A stretch of DNA of 64,000 nucleotides, from assembly GCA_965248755.1 (NCBI GenBank), contig OZ252149.1, positions 4,476,736 through 4,540,735 of the forward strand. Reading direction: 5' to 3'. Made by a program: the position numbers and the translations under genes. The notes below the pieces were generated by a model, which was not told the origin of the DNA, searched no databases, and saw only the letters and a program-made list of their open reading frames with translations. Positions within the stretch are counted from its first letter, which is position 1. Each line of letters opens with the position of its first letter. The DNA is from Candidatus Latescibacterota bacterium (GTDB taxonomy: Bacteria > Latescibacterota > CBDEFO01). This document shows, piece by piece, positions 56,756 through 64,000 of this stretch.

Positions 56756-57637
56756 CTATGAACTGTTAAATGCAAACTTTCTCACAGCCCGGGCAAAACC
56801 GTCTTCGTCATAGAGCGGAGCCATGCGCACATTTGTCCCTTCCACAGCCCTTTTAACCTCATCGGCAGCGTTCTCCATCAAAACGCCTATGCCCGCAGAC
56901 AGTATCATAGGAAGATCGTTGTCCCCGTCCCCTATTGCCATCGCATCTTTCATCGAAAGCCCGTTCCTTTGACATATGCTCTCCACAGCCGCTTTTTTGC
57001 TCACATCTGGATGCATAAGCTCCAGCCTGTCCGTGTGCGTCTTGGCGATATAGAGTGAATCTTTGTATCTATCCTTAAGTTCGTCGAAAACTCTGTCCCG
57101 ATTCTCTTCCCCCGGAAGCACCATCATTTTGGGAGGAGGCCCTAGTTTTTTATTCATTATCCTATCTGTAAGACCCTCATCAAACTCGTACGTTGCCCCT
57201 GTCTGGGTCTCGAGTATTCTCGTAGATGGGGAAGGACGAAGGACTATAAGTTTTTCATCCATCCGGCCGTTTCCGTCCATCTCAAACTGATAATAGACAA
57301 GATCATAGCCATTGTCCCGGACATAATCTGTAAGATCGAGCATCTTATCTTCCGTCATCCTCTGCACATAAATCAACTCCCTTGCGTTCCTATCCACAGG
57401 TTCCAGGACGACAGCCCCGTTGTAGGAAACAATATATATTCTCTCAAACAATTGAAGCTTATCGTTGAAAGGACTGCTGCTCCTGTCCACATTTCTCCCG
57501 CTCACAGAAGCTATTAGAATACCTCTTTGGAGAGCTTCCTCTAAAACTTTTATTCCATCTTCGGAGAATCCCCTGTCCACTGCTAAAGCAGTATCGTCCA
57601 GATCAAAAGCGATTAACTTAGCCAATTTTCCTCCCAA
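56756..57637 (-). CDS. Cof-type HAD-IIB hydrolase
   Basis: 'IAFDLDDT', 'SGR', 'SYNGA', 'VSK', 'AIGDGDNDLPMI..AG.GV.M.NA'. Confidence 0.9.
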   Translation of the reverse strand: MGGKLAKLIAFDLDDTALAVDRGFSEDGIKVLEEALQRGILIASVSGRNVDRSSSPFNDKLQLFERIYIVSYNGAVVLEPVDRNARELIYVQRMTEDKMLDLTDYVRDNGYDLVYYQFEMDGNGRMDEKLIVLRPSPSTRILETQTGATYEFDEGLTDRIMNKKLGPPPKMMVLPGEENRDRVFDELKDRYKDSLYIAKTHTDRLELMHPDVSKKAAVESICQRNGLSMKDAMAIGDGDNDLPMILSAGIGVLMENAADEVKRAVEGTNVRMAPLYDEDGFARAVRKFAFNSS

Positions 57638-57664
57638 AAGTTTATCGAATTTAATTCACAATAA

Positions 57665-58225
57665 TCACGCACTGTCGTCCAGAATCTTTCCCAGACTTCC
57701 ACCTGGATAGCACTTGTGGAAATCCTGCTTTGTGAATTCCTTGGCGTCATTTAAAGACATTGCAAGGCAATCTTCAAGGACGAGTTGGCACGTTGTGCTT
57801 GGAGTAGGTGTCAACTCAAAAGATATCGCCTCTTTCTGCGCTGGGACAGGCAGAAGGACATTGCTCAACTTCGCAAGCTCAGATTTGTATTCCTTAAGTA
57901 ATCCCTACAACGTAATCCCTATATCATAAGCTCATTTATGCTTGATCGTCCTGATGCCATCCAACAGTTCCCTTTTGGCATCACCCTGAAAGATAGCTAT
58001 AACCACATCCCCTTCGTTGAGTTAATCGCTCTCACCGTGATTTACGTCAACGGGGTCGAGAAAATAGGCGGGAGTTCCCACACTCTGCAACGCAGGGGCG
58101 ATCTTCTCGGCTAAAAGTCTCGGTTTACACAAAACCGTCACGTAAATACGGCCTCCCTTACTCTGAACGTTTCTTATCAACCCCATAGCTTCGCGATTAT
58201 AATCCCCCCCATCCCTAAATAGAGA
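57665..58225 (-). pseudogene. decayed KdsD/GutQ-type SIS domain (arabinose-5-phosphate isomerase-like)
   Basis: Reads 'GGRIYVTVLCKP..LAEKIA..LQSVGTPAYFLDP.DVNHGESD*LNEGDVVIAI...K*...GITL*...SELAKLS.V.L.VP..KEA...LTPT.STT..L...DCLAM.L...K.FT..DF...YPGGSLGK' with at least 3 stops and mutated catalytic motifs. Confidence 0.85.
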
Positions 58226-58229
58226 GCCC

Positions 58230-59318
58230 CTAATGATCTATCTGGTTCCTCACAGTTTCTATGCCTACGGAAGTGCAATCGTTCGCTCCTTCACTCTGGC
58301 CTATCAATATACCTTCAAGGGCATCTACTCTCCCTCTATCGTAGAGAGATCCTACATACTCCAGACTACTGTCCATAACGGGAAACGCGCCAGCCACAGT
58401 ACAGCACGCAGCCCCGCACGCATTTGCAAGCTTTCCTATATCCTCTAAAGACAAGCCATAATATATCCCGGCAATCACGCCCCCCAGGAAAGCGTCTCCT
58501 GCTCCTGTCGTATCTCTCGCAACTACACTGTTGGACTTTACCCTCACGATAGAGCCCCCATCATAGAGAACGCTCCCTTCTGCGCCGTCCGTAACAGCTA
58601 CTAACCTGGGGCTGTACTTCTGGAATATGTCCCTCGCCTTATCCTCAGATGTATCGCCCCCTACTATCTGGTCCGCAACGGCCTTGGCAGGCTTGATAAG
58701 ATCAGCCAGAGAAAGAGCTTTTTCAAACTCCTTTCTACTTCCCAAGCCAGCCAAATCCACAGCGAAACTCGGGGGAACGTCCACATCTAAAACCGTCGGA
58801 ACATCACTTTCCTTGGCTATACTCAGCACAGCTACAACAGCATCTAACGGGAGCTGTGAGATCTCAGTTGTCACCATCCCGGCGTTCGAAATGCACTCCG
58901 AGAACTCCCTTTTTATGTCCTCAGATGTCGTGGTCCCCGTCAGAGCCGACGCCATGTATATGGCCCTTTCCGCATGGGTATCCACGTTTATGATCGCAAA
59001 AGTGGACGATTTTCCCTCCTTAACCTTGACGTAACTCCTTTCGATCCCATGAACGTCCATAGTACCCCTTATGAACTTTCCGAATCTATCGTCCCCCTGA
59101 AATCCAAAGAGACCCGTACGGACGCCCAAGAGCCTGGCCCATGCAAGATGATTCAGTACAACTCCCCCTGCGACCTCCTTTACCATATTCCCTTCATTGT
59201 TAGGGAGGATATACGTCTTTTCATCTTTGCCCGCGATCCTGCGCACCCTGTAGATTACGTCCACCGCATTGCTCCCGATGCCCATAATCAGTTTATGTCT
59301 ATCTATCTTGATCTGCAT
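58230..59318 (-). CDS. PfkB/ribokinase-family carbohydrate kinase
   Basis: 'GIGSNAVD', 'GG...N', 'G.QGDD.FG', 'VT.GAEGS', signature 'DTTGAGDAFLGG', 'ANACGA'. Confidence 0.92.
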   Translation of the reverse strand: MQIKIDRHKLIMGIGSNAVDVIYRVRRIAGKDEKTYILPNNEGNMVKEVAGGVVLNHLAWARLLGVRTGLFGFQGDDRFGKFIRGTMDVHGIERSYVKVKEGKSSTFAIINVDTHAERAIYMASALTGTTTSEDIKREFSECISNAGMVTTEISQLPLDAVVAVLSIAKESDVPTVLDVDVPPSFAVDLAGLGSRKEFEKALSLADLIKPAKAVADQIVGGDTSEDKARDIFQKYSPRLVAVTDGAEGSVLYDGGSIVRVKSNSVVARDTTGAGDAFLGGVIAGIYYGLSLEDIGKLANACGAACCTVAGAFPVMDSSLEYVGSLYDRGRVDALEGILIGQSEGANDCTSVGIETVRNQIDH

Positions 59319-59367
59319 TCTTAATGTCCCTAAATAAGTAAATACTATCCCCCAACCCACAATATGA

Positions 59368-59392
59368 ATCCCCGATAGACTCAATCGGGGAT
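59368..59392. repeat. REP-like family B copy
   Basis: ATCCCCGATAGACTCAATCGGGGAT. Confidence 0.6.
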
Positions 59393-59517
59393 CAGGGGTT
59401 CAATCGTGGCTAGACAGCATCCCGACTCTTCCCCAGAGGTGTTGTCTACTCTTTTGGGAGGCACTTCACATATCCTAAAATTAGCATAGTTTAGGTTGGC
59501 TGTCAATGTAAAGCGAT

Positions 59518-59550
59518 AAAAAGGAGAGGGGTTCAGTTAAGAAACCCCTC
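59518..59550 (-). terminator. probable intrinsic terminator after the SDR gene
   Basis: Minus strand GAGGGGTT-loop-AACCCCTC-TCCTTTT. Confidence 0.5.
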
Positions 59551-59610
59551 AATCAGAAACTCTGAACTATCCGGCCCTTTATCCAGTTCGGTCACTTGAT
59601 CTAAAACGCG

Positions 59611-60372
59611 TTATTCATCTGTCCTGGGATGACCCACAATAGTCCATCCACCGTCAACTACCAGACTTGTCCCCGTAATAAACGAGGCGTCATCAGAAGC
59701 TAAGAATATCACAGCCTTAGCTATATCCTCAGGCTGCCCCATACGCTTCATTGGGGTCATCCGGGCCCAGTGGTCCATCTCTTCTTGATCAATCCCACTC
59801 CAGGCAGCAGTCAGAATAGCCCCCGGGAGCACTGCGTTCGCCCGGATCTGGGGTCCAAAATCCAGTGCCAAAGAGCGTGTAAGTCCTATGACACCGGCTT
59901 TTGCGGCATCGTACGCAGCATACTTATGAAAGGAGACAAGACTGTGAATAGATGCCGTGTTAACGACAGCTCCTCCACCCGTCTTCAGCATCTGGGGGAT
60001 TGCAAGCTTACATCCCATGTATACAGCCTTGAGACAGACGTCCAGCGTATGATCCCAATCCTCCTCAGAGATAGTCATCGCCGTCCCTCCGGAATGCCAG
60101 TAGGCGTTGTTGTGCAAAACGTCTATCTTCCCGTAACTATCCACAGCCACTCCTATCATCTCTTCAACTCCCTTTGCAGTCCCCACATCGGCGTAACAGG
60201 AGACGCCCTTTCCCTCTTTCGATTCAATCATAGAAACCGTCTCTCTTGCGCCCTCCTCATCCACGTCTGCAACTATGACCTTTGCTCCCTCCCCTGCCAT
60301 CAAGAGGGCTGTCCCCCGACCTATCCCCGACGCTCCCCCAGTAACAATCGCAACTTTATCTTGAAGTCTCAC
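59611..60372 (-). CDS. classical short-chain dehydrogenase/reductase (SDR)
   Basis: 'TGGASGIG', 'NNA', catalytic 'S...YDAAK', 'PG.I.T', 'FITG..L.VDGG'. Confidence 0.93.
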   Translation of the reverse strand: MRLQDKVAIVTGGASGIGRGTALLMAGEGAKVIVADVDEEGARETVSMIESKEGKGVSCYADVGTAKGVEEMIGVAVDSYGKIDVLHNNAYWHSGGTAMTISEEDWDHTLDVCLKAVYMGCKLAIPQMLKTGGGAVVNTASIHSLVSFHKYAAYDAAKAGVIGLTRSLALDFGPQIRANAVLPGAILTAAWSGIDQEEMDHWARMTPMKRMGQPEDIAKAVIFLASDDASFITGTSLVVDGGWTIVGHPRTDE

Positions 60373-60504
60373 GGCTTAATTCCTTCTCCTACAAATAGAT
60401 CTTGATACCTTCCGCCATACACAACGACGATTTTCAAAATCGCCGTTGAAATTGCGTCGGGGGATTTCATCTCTCTTGCAATGACCAAAAGTAAGCAATA
60501 TCAA

Positions 60505-62367
60505 TCAGAGTTTTCCGAGCGAAACTATCCTCTTTTTATCTATCTTCAAAAGATAGACGTTCTCGTTCTGATGGCTCTGGCTTCCGAATGAGATCCTCCC
60601 TGAAACCCCCTCAAAGTCCCTTACCTTTTGAAGAGTATTCTTCAAATTTTCCCTGGTCCTGTGACCTATACTTAGTTCTCTCAGCACCAGCGACATAGCG
60701 TCGTAGCCGAAAGCGGCTGCCGTTGAGGGCGACCTTCCAAATTTACGTCTGAACGAACTTATAAACCGATTGATCGCCGGTGATCCTAAATCTTCAAAAT
60801 ACCCGGATACGAATAGGGCTCCCTCCACGTAGCTCCCGCTCATTCTGATTATGTTCTGAGAATTCCACTGGCTTCCTCCCAAAAGTTGGGTCTCGATCCT
60901 CTTCAAAGCTATCTGAGGGGCTATCAATATCACATCATCAGAAGCGCCCGCTATCAGAACGCCGTCAATAGTCCCCACAGGCTGTAATTCCTCTTCCTCG
61001 GGGAGGTCCTCCTCAAAAGCGGTAGTGTCCACCCTTGAGGTATCCGCTGCCAATAGTATATCCTGGAGCAAGAGCCCAGCGTTCCTTATCCTCTGTAATT
61101 GCTCTTTGAAATCCTTTGTGCCCGGAAAATATCTCTCCTCCTGCAGGACTCTTCCCCCCAATTCCTCCACCCTCGATCTGAAACTTCTGGACATCTCCTG
61201 TCCGTACATATCCATAGAGGCGATTAGGGCAAACGTCTCCAGGTTCAGTGTCCCCACAGCGTATTCGGCCATCCTCTTTCCTTGAACCTCTGGAGTTGAG
61301 TTGATCTGAAACACGTAAGGTCCAATTGAGGCTATCGGGCCCTCTGAAGCGGTAGGAGCGATCAGTGGAACCGATTCGGAGTTTGCCACCGCTGCTGCCC
61401 CTATAGTCGTAGAACTGTAAAGAGGTCCGACTATAGCAAGGACTCTGTCCTTTTCTATCAACTTCTGGACCACCTTCACCGCAGTTATCGGATCGCTTCT
61501 TGAATTTTCAACTATTAATTCGATTGCCCCCCTACGGGAAAGCGAGGAGTGTTCCAAGGCTAACTTTGCCCCGTCTCTTAGATCCTCGCCGTAGATTCTT
61601 CCCTCGCCGGAAAGTGGACAGATGACACCTATCTTATCCGATGACCAGCTTGTACGATAGCTTACTTGCACTCCCACCTCTATCTCCTCCCTTAAAGCTA
61701 TCGCCTCATTCAAGAATAGACCGTCTGGGAAGTTCCTAATGTAGCTGTCCACCTTCTCAGCCGCCAGATGAGAATAGCCCCACCTGAAAATCCATCTTGC
61801 TTCGCCTAAAAGAAGTCCTTCCTCCACAACTCCTGGATCGAACTTCTCTTTTATGTCCTCGATTTCGGATTTGGACAGATTTGTCAATGCCACGACCGAC
61901 AGACGCTCAGCTGCTTTCAACTTTAAGTCTGTCTCCTGTGTCCCCACCAGGACAAGCGCGTATTTGAACACAGCCTCGACGAACCTTCCCTGACGAAAAT
62001 AAGAATCGCCTGCCGCATAATCGGCGTCCCAGAGGTACCTGCTCGACGGGAACTCACTTTTCAATTCCTCGGCGACAGAGATCGCCAGTTCGTAGTCGCT
62101 CAGCTTGTAGACCGTCTTGGCTAACATCAACTTTGCTGCGGATGACTTCTGATTGATGGGGAATTTCTCTAATACCTCCTGAAATTCGAGCCGCGCTCTT
62201 TGAAAGTGTCCCTTCACATACCTTTCTATTCCTCTTTGGAAGACGTCCTCAGCCTCTTGATCGAAAAGGCGCGTCTCTTTATCTTCCGATTCTCCGAAAG
62301 CCTCTGTGGCAAAATAGAGAACCACTGCAAATAGCAGAAATATTCTATATTCTCTGACTGGCATCAC
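60505..62367 (-). CDS. TPR/BamD-like N-domain + type-1 periplasmic-binding domain (LpoA/LppC-like)
   Basis: Signal peptide; TPR 'A...FQ.V...FP....' repeats; 'KIGVI.PLSG....G.....G..LA', 'IVGPL.S', 'AA.GYDA'. Confidence 0.75.
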   Translation of the reverse strand: MMPVREYRIFLLFAVVLYFATEAFGESEDKETRLFDQEAEDVFQRGIERYVKGHFQRARLEFQEVLEKFPINQKSSAAKLMLAKTVYKLSDYELAISVAEELKSEFPSSRYLWDADYAAGDSYFRQGRFVEAVFKYALVLVGTQETDLKLKAAERLSVVALTNLSKSEIEDIKEKFDPGVVEEGLLLGEARWIFRWGYSHLAAEKVDSYIRNFPDGLFLNEAIALREEIEVGVQVSYRTSWSSDKIGVICPLSGEGRIYGEDLRDGAKLALEHSSLSRRGAIELIVENSRSDPITAVKVVQKLIEKDRVLAIVGPLYSSTTIGAAAVANSESVPLIAPTASEGPIASIGPYVFQINSTPEVQGKRMAEYAVGTLNLETFALIASMDMYGQEMSRSFRSRVEELGGRVLQEERYFPGTKDFKEQLQRIRNAGLLLQDILLAADTSRVDTTAFEEDLPEEEELQPVGTIDGVLIAGASDDVILIAPQIALKRIETQLLGGSQWNSQNIIRMSGSYVEGALFVSGYFEDLGSPAINRFISSFRRKFGRSPSTAAAFGYDAMSLVLRELSIGHRTRENLKNTLQKVRDFEGVSGRISFGSQSHQNENVYLLKIDKKRIVSLGKL

Positions 62368-62840
62368 AGCTTAAAATTCCCAAAATCTTCAGGATTAATC
62401 CTCTGTACTCTGTCCTTCAGACTTTCTCCACTTTCCTCTATATCTTCTATCTGGATACCCTCAACTCGTTCTAGAAGCTCCCCGGCAACAAATATTGGAG
62501 CGTGAGTTTTTAAAGCCATAATTATGGAATCGCTTGGACGGGCATCCACCTTTACAATCCTATTTTCCCTTTGAAGATAGAGTTGAGCGTAGTAGGTACT
62601 GTCTACAAGATTGGACACTTCCACCTTAATTACCTTTGCCTCTAAAGTGTCAAGGAGCATCTCCAGCAGGTCGTGAGATAAGGGACGCTTGTACTTCTGA
62701 TCCTGGACCTCCCCAGCTATAGCCCTTGCCTCCGCCTCACCTATCCATATAGGAAGGACTCGATCCCCGCTCAACTCCTTCAACAAAACAATGTGTCCTG
62801 TCTGATCGATAAGAAGAGTGGCTATCTTTACCTCAACCAT
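62364..62840 (-). CDS. bifunctional nuclease (DUF151) family protein
   Basis: 'LPIWIG..EA.AI', 'RPL.HDL', 'V....DSTYYA.L', 'VDARPSD.I..AL...APIFV'. Confidence 0.92.
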   Translation of the reverse strand: MVEVKIATLLIDQTGHIVLLKELSGDRVLPIWIGEAEARAIAGEVQDQKYKRPLSHDLLEMLLDTLEAKVIKVEVSNLVDSTYYAQLYLQRENRIVKVDARPSDSIIMALKTHAPIFVAGELLERVEGIQIEDIEESGESLKDRVQRINPEDFGNFKL

Positions 62841-62964
62841 TAGTCCGACATTCCCCATATCACATTCATGAGGGATTATATTTCGATACATTCTTGTTTC
62901 TGAATTAATATTACCACTTTTACATTTTTCAACAAGTACTTTTTTCAATTAAAATAGTATTTTC

Positions 62965-64000
62965 CTCTGAATTATCACTTTCTTTGTGTTTAAATCCTCC
63001 AATTAGAGACACCTCTCCATCGACTCACAAAAAAATGTGGCAGTTTAAACAGAATAACATCGCAATCGTTCAATCCGGGATAATATTTCGGCAAATAACC
63101 TCTTGTCTATCCCAACCTCAGCCATTTGAAACGTAATATATCCGCTGTGTCTGACAATCTTCGCTCCGATTTTGATAAATTTCACGAGGAGGCTGCGTAG
63201 TGACCAGTGTTTGATTTTCTTCGGAAGAACAAAACGTCGCAGGAAGTTGCCCAAGTTGTAAGCCAGAACAAACAGCCAGAGCCTCACCTGATTGGAGACG
63301 AAACGCTTGCATGAGAGTCGGGTCCAGTTCAGAGCATACTTGCCCTCCTTAATCCACTGCTCAGCTCTGCCACGGCCATTGTAGAAGTGTACCACGCCTT
63401 CTGGCTTGGCGCTCATGTTGGTCACGATAAATCCCACTCTTGGGAATAACTCCCCTTGGTGCCATTCAACCTTGGCGACCACTCGCCTCGATTGATCCCA
63501 ACTGGCCGCTTTATATTGAAATTCATATAACGATACAATCGGTTTCCTCGGCGGTCGTCCAACTGGCCGAGTCAGCAGGTATCGTATCTTTTCATAGAGT
63601 ATCTCATTTGCGGGAAGCCGAATGGCATACCAAATAGCCGTTTCCCTCCAGATAATCATAAATCTCAGGCTTTGCGAATGCAGCATCGCCTCGAAAGTAT
63701 TTCCTATTCTTCTTGCTCTCGTATCTCTTGACGATCGGTTCCAGAACTTCCTTCCAACGATCAGCACTGTGAACATTACCAGAGCGAAGTAGGACTCCTT
63801 CACAATCCCCGAACTGATTGAAGCAGAACACTGGATGAAAACAGGTACATCCGAAATGACCGTTGTAAGCTGATCCTTCCTGCTGGCCATGTACCGGACT
63901 CTCCGAACTGTCCATGTCCAGAATGATTCGTTGATGCTGTGTTTTACTCATCGCTTTTTGAACCCACTTGCCATTGATATCTGACAAGTTTCTGAGATTG
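62965..64000 (-). mobile_element. IS1380-family insertion sequence, partial (runs off the window end)
   Basis: IS1380-type DDE transposase (see next feature); right end provisionally placed near CTCTGAATTATCAC at ~62965. Confidence 0.8.
63045..64000 (-). pseudogene. IS1380 transposase with a +1 frameshift at ~63632-63634
   Basis: 'ILDMDSS..PVHG.QEG.AYNGH', 'LR.GN.HSA', 'RGDAAF', then in another frame 'YAIRLPAN', 'RRVVAKVE.H.GELFPR.GFIVTN', 'FYN.RG.AEQ.IKE.K', 'LAYNL'; an extra T in GGC TAT TTG GTA breaks 'GYWYAIR'. Confidence 0.88.

Noticed and set aside
63604..63890. Programmed frameshift in the IS1380 transposase
   Set aside because: IS1380 transposases are single-ORF and there is no slippery heptamer at the break; a simple 1-bp insertion explains it.

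Overview
Chromosomal window from a diderm bacterium. The CTD-bearing cohesin/dockerin proteins and the gene order suggest an uncultured FCB-group lineage such as Latescibacterota or KSB1; this is an inference. The window appears to span the replication terminus: genes lie almost all on + up to ~23.7 kb and almost all on - afterwards, and a canonical-looking dif site (24963-24990) sits at the switch. A second dif-like site 930 bp upstream brackets a small cargo island. The left arm carries hsp20 (sigma-54 promoter), a metal-chelate ABC transporter with a decayed binding-protein gene, MEMO1, nikR, folBK, a deoxynucleoside kinase, panBC, purN, ruvX, mltG, pcrA, gatC, kdsB, pyrG, kdsA and an ECF sigma/anti-sigma/Spy-like operon. 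The anti-sigma gene is split exactly at an A_AAA_AAG slippery site. The right arm carries a 586-bp tandem duplication at the leuS 3' end, leuS, pnp, rpsO, ribF, truB, the rimP-nusA-infB-rbfA operon and a polyprenyl synthase. It also holds an 11-kb cluster of three large secreted proteins with no recognisable catalytic domain: a 5-cohesin scaffoldin-like protein, a dockerin+cohesin+lamin-tail partner with an in-frame TAG, and a cohesin+2 lamin-tail protein. Further right are rpoN (with its own sigma-54 box), lptCAB, a HAD hydrolase, a PfkB kinase followed by a decayed KdsD-type SIS domain, an SDR, an LpoA-like gene, DUF151 and a frameshifted IS1380 transposase running off the end. No rRNA, tRNA or CRISPR array was seen. 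All calls come from reading motifs by eye; no searches were run.
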